A stretch of 64,000 nt of DNA from Paraspadella gotoi (Eukaryota; Animalia; Chaetognatha), in assembly GCA_051294375.1 (NCBI GenBank), contig CM119263.1, positions 1,352,510-1,416,509 on the forward strand, read 5' to 3'. A model generated the notes under the pieces. That model was not told the origin of the DNA. It ran no database searches and was given only the letters and a program-made list of their open reading frames with translations. Below are positions 21,643 to 45,400 of this stretch, one piece after another. Position 1 is the first letter of the stretch; each line of letters begins with the position of its first letter. A program made the translations under genes and the position numbers.

Positions 21643-24626
21643 ATGGCCGACTCAGAATATTTCGCATGGTAATGTTTTCATTTTAGGATTATGAGAATTC
21701 TTGGTTGTTGAGCTTTCAGTAACCTCAGTTAACTGAGCGGTTTTTGAAACTAAAAAAACATTTATTTTAATTTACGTTCTTATAATCCCTACCCTCTGTT
21801 TATTATTTATTTTCCTTCATAAATTTTGAATCTCAGGTCGAGCGGGAGCGGAGATGAGGAAGCAGAACCCGGAGAATCCATGGGGCTGCCTCCGTTGTCT
21901 TCCGAACTGGGATCACCGACGGCGGCGCGTCCTGGCGGAACATCCGGGCGACACTCTTCGGGCGATAATCCTCTCTCCGACGTTCGCCCTCTGTCGCCCT
22001 TGCCCTTCTTTACGGGCGCCGCCTCTCACGCTGACCGGACGCCCGGTGAGCCTCCCCGATCTCCGCTCCCTGCTTCCGGCCCGACTTCGCCCATGCGTTC
22101 AGTCTCCGTGGGGCCCAAGGCCCCCAACAGGCGTCGGTCGCGCGCTCTCTCAATTTCCCAGGCACAAACGGGGAAGACGACCATGATACACACCAGCTCC
22201 CGCACCATCTACACGGCGGGAAGGCCGCCTTGGTACGATTCCGAGGGAACGATCAAGGACGCCTTCGTCATCGGTATCTGCGGAGGAAGTGCCTCGGGTG
22301 AGGACGGCTCACTGTCCACTTTACTTTACCGAGATCGGCAACTAAAAAGTGTTTCACGTACGTTTCCAGGAAAGACGACCGTGGCTCAAAACATAATCAA
22401 AGCTCTCGATGTTCCGTGGGTCTCGCTTTTGTCCATGGATTCCTTCTATAACATCTTGACGCAAGAGCAGCACGCCTTGGCAGAAATGAACGAATATAAC
22501 TTCGATCATCCAGGTTGTCTAAGTTCGAAACACATTTTGCTGCACCCAGCCGCCCGGACTGCTCACTTAGCAAGTGTGGTTCGTTAACTCTTTCTTGGTT
22601 TTCCGATTCACAGATGCCTTTGACATCGATTTGGTAGTGAAGACGTTGCGGAAGCTTAAGGAGGGAAGGCAGGTCGAAATACCCATTTACAATTTTCACA
22701 CGCACGCTCGTGAAAAGCACAAAAAGGCCATCTACGGGGCCAACGTCATCATCTTCGAAGGAATCATGGCTTTCGCCCACAAAAACTTGCTGGAACTAAT
22801 GGACATGAAGATATTTGTCGACACAGGTTTATTATACGAGGGACTTCAGTTACTTCATAAAATCCATTTAAATTTATTCGTAATACAAATCGAAAATTTT
22901 AGTAAAAGATTTGCTCGTCTGTGACGCTCGAACCTGGACCCTCAGCGCCTTAAATGATGAAGCATTTGTCCATTTTGTCCATATTGTCCAAACTAACAGG
23001 ATTAGTTTTCCTCTATGAAATTTAGAATTTCTTTTTTCAGATTCGGACATCCGATTAGCTCGTCGACTCAAGCGGGACACGTTGGATCGCGGTCGCGATA
23101 TTCACGGAGTTTTGCAACAATACGAGCGTTTCGTCAAACCCGCTTTCGAGCATTATATTGAGCCCACTATGATGCATGCTGATATAATCATTCCAAGGTA
23201 AATACTAAAATAAATTCTGAATCAAGTCTTGAATTTTAAATAATTCGCTCACGACCTCCCTTTCAGGGGTGGCGAGAACAGAGTCGCCTGTCAGCTGGTA
23301 GTGCAGCACATTCATACGCAATTGACGCGCAGGGGTTTTCAGTTGCGGCAGCAGTTACGCATTGGCCATTACGAGAAACGCCTACCGAGTAACTTTCATC
23401 AGTTGGAGAGCACGCCACAGATTCAAGGTAGGCTTTTTTTTCTTTCTTTAATGCCCTCGATATGAAAATAGAGCATCTCGTTTCCGGGATGAAGGCCTTC
23501 ACACAATCATCCGCAACCGCGAAACTCCGCGGGACGAGTTCGTCTTCTACTCGAAGCGGTTGATGCGACTTCTGGTCGAATTCGCTCTCTCATTCCTTCC
23601 TTACAAGACGGTCGAGGTCGAATCTCCTCAGGGAATTCCTTACCTGGGTCAAAGGGTTCAACAACAGAGTTCCGTTTGCGGGTAGGCCAGTGGTCTTAGC
23701 GGAAGCGATTAACTATTTATATTAAATTGTATTTCATCTTCATCGCTTTCGCTCTCTCTCCAGAGTTTCCATTCTTCGGGCTGGAGAGGTCATGGAACCA
23801 CCGTTGGCTTCCGTTTGCAAAGTAAGCGGTTTTATGAAATTGGTACAACCAATATAAAAATTATCCATTCATTTAATAAATAAGCTATCTTGCCTCTGAC
23901 TTGAATCATAAATAACCTTAATCCCATTACAAATTATCCTCTCCACCCCTTTCTGTTCAGACTTTTAAATATTTTTAAAGTCTAATTTAGTAAAACAAGT
24001 AATCTTGCAATTTTTCATATGTGAATTTATATGTGAATTTATCGAGTTAAAAATAAAACCAATTGTAATTTCAGGACGTGCGCTTAGGAAAGATTCTGAT
24101 TCAGACGAATTTGAACACGGGAGAACCCGAGTTGTATTACTTGCGTCTTCCGCGCGAAATCGGAAAGGGCTGGGTCTTTTTGATGGAAGCGACGGTGGCC
24201 ACGGGAGCGGCGGCCATGATGGCGATCAGAGTTTTGCGCGATCACGACGTTCCCGAAGGTTGGTTCCATCCTAAAATCAATCTGCCAATTTAAGCTGTTT
24301 ATTTTTCTATTAAAATGTTAAATAAATTCGATTCTGGTTTTTTTAAATTTTAAACGGTACTATTATCTAAGTTAGATGTTAGATAGTTTTTACTTCCATA
24401 ATTTTTCCCTGGCTAATAATAGTAATAATACCGATTGCTTTTAATTTCAGATCGTATTATCCTCTTGTCCTTGTTGATGGCGAAATCCGGCATTCACGCT
24501 ATCGCCTACGCTTTTCCACGGGTCAAGATTCTCACTACGGCCTACGACCCAGCCTTCGACGAGAACTTCCACATCATTCCGGGAATCGGAAATTTCGGCG
24601 ACCGATACTTTGGCACCGACGATTGA
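21643..24626 (+). CDS. UCKL1: Uridine-cytidine kinase-like 1 (uridine kinase + UPRTase-like domains), about 10 exons
   Basis: [25 protein letters not shown]|KTTVA (P-loop), LSMDSFY, YNFDHP|[52 protein letters not shown], and C-terminal [17 protein letters not shown]. Confidence 0.95.
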
Positions 24627-25078
24627 GATCTGAAGATTAATAAATCCGAGAAGAAGCTTGCCCACCGCTAATGTAGTCGTCGCAATGGAGGCGTCTAATA
24701 TCTTGTTAATCAATGAGTCATTGAAAATCTGTTTTGTTTTGAAGTGATTTTTTTCTCCTTTTTTTGCTTTAGTTGCCTAACTTTTATTCTGAATTAATAA
24801 TTTATTCCACCACGTTGTTTTGTCAACTTTCATGTGATCTCCTTGCGCCTCTTTCACCTTCGTAGTTTTCTTTTTTTCTTTTTTTTTTTAAATTTCGACA
24901 ATCATGCGCGCAACGAAAAGTATCTTTGTTTTTCAGCTTTTTAAATTGGATTTTTAGAAGGTTTTATGCCATTTATCCCCTCTTAGGTATTTTTTTTTCA
25001 TGGGCCCATTTTAAGGGCAAGAGTAATTTGGTTGACTGCAACCGACTTTTCCGCCAACGCTCAACATCTTGCGGCAAC

Positions 25079-26085
25079 ATGTTTCGAAATGACCCTTTCT
25101 TCGCGAATCACCGCGCAATGATGGATTCCTTCTTTGGAGAATCTGCTTTTGCTGTGGAAGGTATTGATTTTTCGTTGCATAGAGTTGGTCATTTTGATCT
25201 CTTAAAAACTTAGCAATTGACGGCATTTGATCCAACATTAGGGAACCAGGCTGGCCATCAAGATCGCCGGGGCGTGGAACGACGGCAGGAACGCAGGATT
25301 GATCCATTTGAGGACATGCACAGACATATGAACGATATGATGTCCAATTTTGGACGAGGCATGATGGAATCGGTAACTTTCTTTATTTCTTCGATCGTTT
25401 AAAACTATATATCTTTGACTTAACAATATTTTTCTAATATTACCCAATCTTCTTCATTATTATTAACGTTTTATTTATTACTCTTATTCTTCTTCCCTCA
25501 TTAATTGTTAAACTGATAATTATTAATATTATAGAACTTTGGCAACGGCAACGACGGTCACGTCTTCAGTCATTCCTCCGTCTATTCATATTCTAGCGAC
25601 GGTCAGGGTCCGCCTAAAGTTTATCAAGCGGCGAGGGAGGAACGTCGTGGTCCTGGAGGGATCAGGGAGACGAAGAAGGCGCTTAAGGACTCAGAATCTG
25701 GACTTCAAAAGTTAGTTTTACCTCATCCGCGTTATCTTTTAAATTTGAAGGCAAAAAATTGCTCACTTTTTTCCCTATTTTGTTCAGAATGGCGGTCGGG
25801 CGTCACATGGGCGAACGCGGCCACGTCATCGAGCGCTCGCAAAACTTCCACACCGGCGATCGGGAGGAGCATCAGAATTTCGTGGGCATGACGGAGGAGG
25901 ACGGCACGGCCTTTCACGACGAATGGTCACGGGCCACGCAGGGTCACGCCCGTCACCAGAGACGCGCTGTGGCGGAGGAGACTCGAGACGGGCGTCGGGG
26001 TCATCGCGGTCAACGCGCCCTGCCAGCCACTCCGCGAGATCAAATGCTAAAGGTCGAAGGGCGACGCGTCAAGGGAGATCATTGA
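25079..26085 (+). CDS. MLF: Myeloid leukemia factor family protein (4 exons)
   Basis: MFRNDPFFANHRAMM...HVFSHSSVYSYS.DGQGPPKVYQA..EERRGPGGIRETKKALKDSESGLQK|MAVGRHMGERGHVIERSQNFHTGDREEHQNFVGMTEEDGTAFHDEW matches the MLF1/MLF2 core. Confidence 0.92.
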
Positions 26086-26615
26086 AAACAAATTGTGACG
26101 AAAATCTAGTTCAGAGTCGGGAGGAAGAAGATTCGTGCTTCATGATATTTATCAGAATTTATAAGTTATTTCTTGTTTGCCACTTTCTTTCTATGCAGGG
26201 TGATTTAGTTTAAATATCAAATAGAAAATGGTATTTAGGTTATATTTATTTAGTTTCTCCAAAATTCGGAAAGTTTCGTCCGTCTGTTGATTTTATTCAT
26301 TGTAGGTAAATTGTGTAAAAGTGCTCTTATACTTAAATCGGCACTATTATTTTTTTTTTAAATCATTGCACTTACTATTTATACACACATTCGGTCATTT
26401 ACTGAACAAAAAGATTATTTTTTTCTGCAGATTTCTTCAAAGGCTTTAATGATAATTCCATCTACAATAAACAAATGACTTCGAAAGCCCACGAGTTTTC
26501 AGTAACGTCGCTTTTTTCATTAATTTAAACTTAAAGTGAAACTTGACTTTCTATTTCGTCATTACGTCCGCCCTCCACAAAGTTTTTCTCGTGTCTTTGA
26601 ATTAAATATGAAATC

Positions 26616-28456
26616 ATGAGTCTGGACGATTACATCCGTTCATTATTATTAAACCGTCCGCCGGACGTGTCTCGTGGCCCGGAACGCCCCGTAGATCCTT
26701 CCTCGCCAGAACCGCCGCCCCCGATTGTCCCGAGAGATCCTCGTTATCGGGCCAATCCTTTCTTCGGTCTCGATCGAGTCATTCAATCTCACTTCAGTTC
26801 CATCTTCGGTCCTTTTTTCGGCTCCGACGGCGGAACGCCTTCCATCGACGATGACGGTTGGTTGAGCGGATTAATTATTATTAATTATTAAATTAAAAAT
26901 ATTAAAAATAGTTTATGCCCATTGATAAGTATTACTTATTAAGTAATCATCGTAGGAATGTGAAGTGAGTCGTTCGAGAGATGGAATAGTTTCTTCGAAT
27001 CCAACCACCTGGTTATTCCTGCGATAATAATAATAATTATGGAACTTTCATTGCAATGTCTTTAGTGCCACGCAGACAGGACAAATTACCGCCTGTTATT
27101 TGCTAGCTTCAGAACTTCGGATCTGACTGTAGTCCGCCACTACATGTGCGAGCCCAAGGCCGCTTGGTGGGAAGAAAGAATGTTTGGTCTTACGTCACCG
27201 GCGAATCAGGCGGGTGGTGATACTGAATGTGTTGCCCCACACGTCTATATTTTTATCGCTAATTTCAAACTGATTTGTTTCTGAATTTCACAAAGACCCG
27301 GCTTCCTTCGGATCGACCGGCGGCGGATGGTCTAGTCCGCGCATTGAGATTTGGTCTTGGCAAGACACGAGGGACGAATTCGGTGAAGACGACGTTCCAG
27401 GCTCCGATTGGGACGGCGGCGGCGGAGTGTGGGGAGGCGGCGGCGGCTTCGGCAGCGGAGGCTTCGGCGGCGGAGGCTTCGGCGGCGGAGGCTTCGGCGG
27501 CTTTCCGCCCGAAATGGACGGGAACGATAATTGGAATGCTGATGGTGTGCTCGAAACATTTTCTGTCTGCAATAATCATTATAGTAATTTTGACATGATT
27601 TTGTCGTCACAGAACCGGAGGGACTCCGCGGCCTCTTTCACGGATTCGACGATATCCTACGCAATTTTAGAATTCCCGGCGACGAGCAACTCGAGGGTCG
27701 AAGCCGAGTGGATGACTTCGATCAAAGTCTGTGACTTGACGTGACGAAATAGAAATACAATTTCTTTTTCAGTTTTTTCGTTTTACATGTTATTTTTTGT
27801 CAGACGACATGATTCGACCTCCACGAAAGTCCCTCCGGGATTACATGTTGAAAGGCCCCATCGTCGGCGAGGATGTTGACTCTGATCCGCCTCCTTCAGT
27901 CCCGCCACCTTCAGCCGATCCAGCGACCCCATACGTCGAATCACTGCCACGTCGCCACGAGTCCAGTAGGGAGGACCTGTCCCTCGACCACCGAAGCGAC
28001 TTCGACAAAACCGCTGAAATCGATCGGATCCTGAGAGAGGGAGACCAATCGCGCGAATTTCGCGACCCCCGACAGCAGAATCCCTTTCGCGACCCCCGAC
28101 AGCAGAATCCCTTTCGCGACCCCCGACATCCGAGCCCCTTTCGCGATCATCACGACGGGTTCGACAGATCCTTCTTCGGTTCCCTCTGGGGCTCCTTTCT
28201 GCCTAGAAACTTTTCGTGGAACTCATCGGGAGGGACCTCTCTCGAGCGCTCGTGGAACTACAAGTACTCGACGACGACGACGAACGTGACGCCGGACGGG
28301 TCGGTGGAGACGAAGAAGAAACAGAGCGACGGTGAAGGAAACGTCGTGGAAACGATCGTCCGTCGAAGGAGCGGCGCTCAGGGATCGATCACGACGACGA
28401 CGAAGAGCGACGGATCGGTGCACGTGACGAGAGACGGGGATCAGTCGCTCTTTTGA
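26616..28456 (+). CDS. HAX1: HAX1-like protein (HCLS1-associated X1), about 4 exons
   Basis: F/G/D-rich N-terminus, FHGFDDILRNF, SLRDYMLK, and C-terminal STTTTNVTPDGSVETKKKQSDGEGNVVETIVRR resembling the HAX1 motifs (LRDSMLK; PDG.VEERRTV.DSEG). Confidence 0.7.
27109..27147 (-). ncRNA. Partial twister-like module (T2-P3-P4-L4) in an intron of the HAX1-like gene
   Basis: Minus strand reads AC-A-TGTAGT-ggcgg-ACTACA-G-TCAGA-TCCGAAGT-TCTGA, the same geometry as the LTR twister with compensatory changes. The UAA, GA and P2 elements are not recognisable. Confidence 0.4.
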
Positions 28457-29109
28457 CCTCATTGCCATTGGTCGAGTCTTGATGCTGTGGGAAATGGAAA
28501 AAATACTGTCGAGGGGTTTTAATCTGTGATTCGGTTGAATACCTGTTATGTTTTCCATTACCCCGAAAACCGTAATGCTTTTTATTCCGCGGTTAACAAA
28601 TTATGATCGATCATTGAATGTAATGTTTTTGTTAATAAATAATTATTTTAGTTAGTTATTCATAGTAAGCTTTAGTTGATCAGAAGACGTACGCTTATTA
28701 TAATTTAAGGATTTTCTTGCAGTATTTATAATAAAAAGTGTGTATGAAAGATCGATTCCCTTTTTTTATTTAGCTGTAAACAGTGTAAAATGAAATATTT
28801 AGTAGTAGTTTACTACGTATGAATTTCGATACGAATAACGAAGTTCATTCAACCGTTCATAATCGAAACAGTCTATTTTAACAAATATGAGGTCAGTCAG
28901 TGAGCGTCTTTCAAAGATTAAAACATTTAAACATAGGGAAGTCGGTACGGTACCTCATCGTTAAAAGGGATTAAAAACGAATCACGAGATATATGAGAAA
29001 GATCACAATTTTTCAAGTTGAATGAACAGAAATAATCACAAATCAAAAACTGTTTTAATTTTAAAATATTTGATTTAAAAAAATCTGTAACAAACGCGTC
29101 CTAAAAACA

Positions 29110-38593
<9,484 letters not shown>

Positions 38594-39430
38594 GACGTTT
38601 CTGGAAGATCGAGGGCCTTTTGTTTTATTTACATATCTATTTTATATACAACGATAACATTTTTTCAACCACTTAGTCCAAACGCAACCAATAGGATGAT
38701 AATACTCAAATACAATGCCTATTAATTATACTATGGTTTATAGCGCAGGAAAAACCAAATTGAAGGAATAAAATATGAGCGTTAATTCAGTTACAGTTTG
38801 TATTTTAAAATATTTTAGTATATAGTTTTTATTAAGTTACATCTTGTGATTCGCGTGCTTTCTTAAAAATGCCATGGAAAAGGCTTTGATAAAAAACCAT
38901 TGGTGGAACAGATTGTAACTTTTAACTTAACTTAAATTAACTTTTTAAATTTATTATCCGCTTAAAAATCAGACTTATGATTATTTTATCTTATGATTAC
39001 TGCGTAAACCTCTCCATTGAACATTCCGAAAGCGTCTTTTAGATCTCAGTAATCTAATTAATTAATGTTGTAATAATTATCCTTTTTTTAAACATCGTGG
39101 CGTACCCAAACAAACTTTTGGCGTCAAAATCACTCCAAGTGCGTTCCTCCGCCCGTGTCGTCGACTTTGTCGAGTCCCGGGTTCGAATCCATTACGGACT
39201 TTTCTTTTTTCCGCGACAAAATCATTTCCACGTTTTTTTTTTTATTTTCTTTTTTATTTTCTTTTTAAGGTGAGGTTGGGGTAAGTTTCGCAGCCGAGAC
39301 TCTGGAGGCCTCCTGACGGAAGTCGGCTTGACTTTGAGTTTGAGACACGTTATATTATTTTTGTTATTTTGTGTTTATAAATCTAATAATTTCTTACTCG
39401 GCGGGAAATGTGGTGAAGCGAGACTGGAGC

Positions 39431-39533
<103 letters not shown>

Positions 39534-40601
39534 TTTGCATCGATTAAAGTGAGAAGAGAGGTGAATTTGTAATTCAGATGTGGAGGACGTTTCTGAATTT
39601 CACATCGAGTTTGTTTTTTTTTCAGTGAGACTAGAGACGTCGACAGTGATGATGTACTGGAGCGGTTTCAGCTCCAGTGCTGGAGTAAAACGGTATTAGA
39701 CCAATTGATGGAGTCAAGCGGTATCAGCGCCATAGATGAAGAAAAGCTGTTGTAATTTTGAGCCAGCGATGAAATGAATGTATGAATTGAACTGAAAAGG
39801 ATAAAATCGTTTAAATTTACTTAAAATAACATTATAGGGTGTTCTTTATACCATATAAGATGTATTATAATGTATATTTCGGTTGAAGCTAATCGTCAAT
39901 ACAAAAGAGAAATGGAACGAAGGAACGACTAAAAGAAAGAAAAAGAAAAAGAAAGAAAGTAGACTGAAAAAAAGGAAGAATGAAAGACAAAAAATAAAAT
40001 AGAAAGAGCAAAAGAAAAGTAGGGAAAAATTAAAGAAAGAATAAAAGAATGAAAGAAAGAAAGAGTAAAAGAAAAAGAAAGAAAGAAATTCATTATAAAG
40101 ACGAAAAGAGGAAGGGAAAGTCGAACTGATTATCCGCTTGAATTTCTTTTCATTTGAGTTTTCATCTTTTCAGTCGCGCAATCAAAAAGTATTTGAAAAA
40201 AAAAAGTCGTTTAAAACTTTAAGACTCTCATTTTTCGATGACTACTTGACTATTATTCACTACTGGCTTTTCCATTCAAATTTGTTTGTACTTCTTAATG
40301 AATTTTAGCTTCCGTCTTCAGTTCATAAATTATTTCTTTTTTTTTAACAACAGACAGTCCCATGAACACTCAATGAATACTAAATACCCATGAAAAGTCA
40401 ATGATAATAGCCAAATGAATTCGGCACAACAACCTAAAAAATGCTAAAAAGAAATAACATGTTCATTTCTTTTTCGGCATTCTTCTGATTAAAGAGGAGA
40501 CGGAAAAATGACTAGATAATTGATTTACATCATTGTTTAACTTTAAAGAAAATTCAGGAAGATGATGAAAGGGCCAGACGACGAAAGAGTGCTCGACGGA
40601 A

Positions 40602-40723
<122 letters not shown>

Positions 40724-41299
40724 GTTAAAAGGAGATAGAGCGGGCAAACTCGATTTTTCTTTTTCGAGGGGCCCGCCATTCGGAATTTTTTCGGGTAAAC
40801 AAACGAGCGGCTCCGCATCTTCCTCTTTCATCGCTGAAGCGAATCTTTTTTTCATGCGTCCATGTTGTTACTGACTCTTGCTAGGGGAAATTTAGTTTAA
40901 TCCTAAGCATTTTAAGTTTTTAAAAACGGTCCGACCGTTACGATTAGTAAATTATTTTTCATTTCTTCTTTTTTCGAAGGAAAAAACCTAAATATTTTAC
41001 ATCCTTTACTTTCCTTTTTTCATTTAACGTTTCTTTAAATACTGGCTAAACCTTTTCTTTTAAGATATAAATATCAATTATTAATTAATAAATTAAATAA
41101 TTAATTATTAATCAAGTAACGTAAAATTCTCCTTTCCTCCTTGACTCCATTACAAATGTGGACGCATTCCTCAGAGTCATAGTATCTTTGATTCATCGAT
41201 GACGATGACGATGATGAAGATGATGACGATCGCTAGAGATTATGCGATCAAAATCGGAAAACCATTTTCGACTCGAGTCGTGAGGGGTCGCGAATTTAG

Positions 41300-41645
41300 C
41301 CCCTTCAAACAGCCGCCCACCCAAAACAGCCACCCACCCAAAACAGCCCCACCAAAAACACAACACACCTCCAAACAGTCCCCCAAAAACAGCCCCTCCC
41401 AAAACAGCCCTCCAAAACAGTCCCCCCCGAAAACAAGCCACCCAAAAACCGCCCCTCCGGAAACCGCCCTCCCAAACAGCTCTCCCAAAACAAGCTCCTC
41501 CAAAAACAGCCCCCAAAACAGCCCCCCTAAAAAAGCCGCTCCAAACAAGCACCCCAAAACAGCGCCCCCCTTAAAAAGCCCCTCCAAACAAAAGCCACCT
41601 CAAAAAGTTATTGTTTTCTAAAACAGCCTCTCCAAACAGCCCCAA
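41300..41645. repeat. Degenerate C/A-rich minisatellite (ccaaaacagccc)
   Basis: Visible tandem array. Confidence 0.8.
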
Positions 41646-41879
41646 TCCTACTCCCCCTTTGAGTTGTTAAAATTCGAGATTGAAGGAAAAAAAATGATTT
41701 GAAATAAAATAACCGAACGACTTCGATGATTGTCGGTGATTCACTCTGGACGTGATGAAAGGCAAAACAATTTTTCAATAAAATAAGTTAATTTTTTTTT
41801 TACTGAAAAAGTCGTCAAATTTTTGGCCATATTTTCTAAAAGCCCCCCATTTCAGCTCAATTTTAGAATTAATCTAGTT

Positions 41880-42005
41880 TTTAGGTTTAAGAATTAGGTT
41901 AAAGGTTAGGAATAGGAATTAGGTTAGGGATTAGGGTTAGCGATTTGGTTAGAGATTCGGTTTAGGATTAAGGTTAGGGATTAGGGATTATGGTTAGGGA
42001 TTAAT
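41880..42005. repeat. Degenerate TTAGGG-like tract (similar tracts at ~37850-37920 and ~52190-52275)
   Basis: ttagggattagggttag-type repeats. Confidence 0.65.
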
Positions 42006-42357
42006 GAATGCGTTAAGCGTTTGGTAAGAGATTATAAGTAATTCGTAATATTAGGAACAGAAATGGGGCAGATCGGAAATAATGCAAAATTTTTATTTGT
42101 AAAAATTTTGGTAAGAAAATAAGAAACATTTAAAGAACTTTATTTTTATTCGGCATTTTTGTTTCTTCTTGTATAGTTTGTTTTGTTCTTTTTTGTCCTC
42201 CTCTTTCGCTCCATTCTTTTTTCTTTTTTCTTTTTCTTTCTTTTCTTTTTCGATTCCACCTCTCTCAGTCCTCGTTTAGACTCAAACGAACAAACAAACA
42301 TCTGTTTACGAAAAGAAAAAAATTCGGCAAAACAAATCCGAACAAAGAAAAACGAGG

Positions 42358-42466
<109 letters not shown>

Positions 42467-43416
42467 AAAAGAGCATGATTGAGCGTGGAGCAAAAGAGAC
42501 AAACAAGCAAAAGAACATGATTGAGCGTGGAGCAGGGGAAAGAGAGAGAGAGAGACAATCACACACAGCAACGGAAAAAGCTTGCTCGTTCGTAACATGA
42601 TTCTCTTTACGAGAAAAGTTAAGTGTAATGATTAAGGTTCAATGAAAAGAGATATATCGTGATCTATATATCGTGAGATATATCGTGATCGGCGATGTCG
42701 CTTCCACATGCTAAATACTTTTTTAGACATCTGTACTTGGGTTTTTATTAAAATTAACAGTTTTTCTTATTTAAAAGAGCAAAACGTCTCGTTAAGAGAC
42801 GAATCGAGAGGATCCGGTCCTTCGACTTTCACCAACGCGAATGGAATAAATAGGTGAGAGATGTCGAGGTGACCTCGTGCGATCAATTGATCGAGGAAGG
42901 GGGGAGGGAGTCAATTCAAATCCAAGCACCAGGTGGTTTGATCTCACACCCCCCCTCAAAAGAGCGCGATTTCAGGGCGAGGAATTGAAATGTCGGGTGT
43001 TCGTTGATATGTTTAATGATTTATTTATATCTTTGATAATCGAAACAAATCTTGCGTGAAAAGAGAAAGAGAGAGCGAGAGAGGAGAGCAGAGAGAGAGA
43101 GAGAGAGAGAGAGAGTGGGGAAATCGATATACAGAATTAATTATTTATATTTCTCGACGACGCTTATCGAGTTTGGATTTCAACGACGACGGCGACGACG
43201 ACGACGACGACAAAGAAGAAGAAGAAGAAGAAGAATAAAAGCCGTCGCCTTCTCCGAGTTCGAGGATCAACGGGTGACGTGCGCCGAATCCGAGATGAGG
43301 ATCGCGCATGCGCGTGGATTAAAGCCAAGCGCGTTGCGCGCGAATCGATCGTCGCACGCAGCAATGATATGACACGAGGGCAAATGTTTAATACCATTGG
43401 GGACTGCTCTCGGTCC

Positions 43417-43505
43417 AATTAGGGATCGATTTCGGTACAATTGGGGATGGATCTCGGTACAATTGGGGATCGATCTCGGTACAATTGGGGATCGATCTCG
43501 GTAAC
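43417..43505. repeat. 21-bp tandem repeat x4 (aattggggatcgatctcggtac-like)
   Basis: Visible tandem array. Confidence 0.85.
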
Positions 43506-43675
43506 TAACGGTTATGATCTGATTGTATTACTCATTGTAATACTCAATGAGCCACCGGGCTTATCGGCGGGTTGCAAATGTTGCAAAGCCCGACGACAAA
43601 AGAATGATGCTTAAGAAATGGGAACAATCATTATTACAATTATCCAATATCTATTAATTTAACCTTTTGTGAGGT

Positions 43676-43734
<59 letters not shown>

Positions 43735-44022
43735 CGTAATAAAGATAATAACGTATCAAAACTTTCACAGTCGTTCTCTTTTTAATTTCAAAACTCGGTT
43801 AATTGGCAAAAAAAATGTACTGCTAACGTTTTAAACGATACTAATATCATTATTGTAATTGATTATTGTAATAATTGTAATCAATCCTCTTGCTAAGTAA
43901 AAGTTGACGCCAAAATTAACCGAACTTTTCATAAAACCAACCGATTAATGTGATCTGTGAAAGACTCCCAGCGCATCGCTCACGTGCGCGAGCGAATCGG
44001 AATCCTGGGACCGTCGAGCACC

Positions 44023-44091
<69 letters not shown>

Positions 44092-44225
44092 TGAGAGAGA
44101 GAGAACAAATCGTGGAGAAATCTTTTCAACGAACAGACATTATCAACTTGATGAGCGTCGGCTATTAGATGAGCGCAAGGTCTAATTCACCGAGTACGCA
44201 AAGTTCATTTCGCTCTCGCTTTCAT

Positions 44226-44267
<42 letters not shown>

Positions 44268-44362
44268 AGAGGAGAGGAGAGAGAGAGAGAGAGAGTGATG
44301 AGAGAGAGAGATAATCATAACGCTAGTCAGTGATACGGAATAATAATCACAGATTCGTGACA

Positions 44363-44452
44363 TACCGAATAAGATTTATTTCAGACCGAATAAAATTTAT
44401 TTCAGACCGAATAAGATTTATTTCAGACCGAATAAGATTTATTTTAGACCGA
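44363..44452. repeat. 21-bp tandem repeat x4 (gaccgaataagatttatttca)
   Basis: Visible tandem array. Confidence 0.85.
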
Positions 44453-44809
44453 TGATAATGGTTGATGATGCTTATGATGACAAAGATGACGAGTCATGAT
44501 TCCATCTTTATTTTCGAATCGTGATTATTTAGAGCGTAATGATGACATTTGTGATGACAACGATTCATAAACTGACAATCGTAACTGAGATCGATCCCCG
44601 GGTGGGCGTGGCCCGATTTAATTGCTTCGTCGCTTTCGTCGTCCCGATGGAAAAAAAGTCGCTTCGTCCATTGTTGACCGACGACGATGATGATGACGTT
44701 GACAATGACGTCGACAAAGGGGAAATCAATGATAACAAAGATGGCCGACAATGACAATGGCCGTAGTCATTAATGACGGCTGACGATGAGGACGCCGATG
44801 ACGATAATG

Positions 44810-45400
44810 AGAACGATGACAATGATTAATTTAATGACGACGATGACAATGATTAATTTAATGATGATGACAATGATTAATTTAATGACGACGATGACAG
44901 CGATTAATTTAATGACAACGATTAATTTAATGACGATGATGACAATGATTAATTTAATGATGACAATGACAATGATTAATTTATTGACGACGATGACAAT
45001 GATTAATTTAATGACAATGATGACAATGATTAATTTAATGACGACGATGACAATGATTAATTTAATGATGATGACAATGATTAATTTAATGACGACAATG
45101 ACATCGATTAATTGAATGACAACGATGACAACGATTAATTTAATGACGATGATGACAATGATTAATTTAATGACGACGATGACAATGATTAATTTAATGA
45201 CGATGATGACAACGATTAATTTAATGATGATGACAACGATTAATTTAATGACGACGATGACAATGATTAATTTAATGACGAAGATGACAACGATTAAGTT
45301 AATGACGACGATGACAACGATTAATTTAATGACGACGATGACAACGATGATGAAAACGATGACGATGATGGTCGACGACGATGACGACGATGACAAACAT
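44810..45400. repeat. Triplet-derived ~21-24-bp minisatellite (gacgatgacaatgattaatttaat)
   Basis: Visible tandem array; explains the spurious MTTMTMINL / VIVVIKLI ORFs. Confidence 0.9.

Noticed and set aside
26952-27022. C/D snoRNA candidate (terminal stem gtaggaat/attcctgc) in a HAX1-like intron
   Set aside because: No canonical RTGATGA and CTGA boxes next to the stem.
39140-39200. B-box GGTTCGAATCC (tRNA gene?)
   Set aside because: No cloverleaf or clear A box; at most a SINE remnant.
41880-42005. True telomere or chromosome-fusion site
   Set aside because: Short, degenerate and present at several positions; more likely part of an interspersed repeat.
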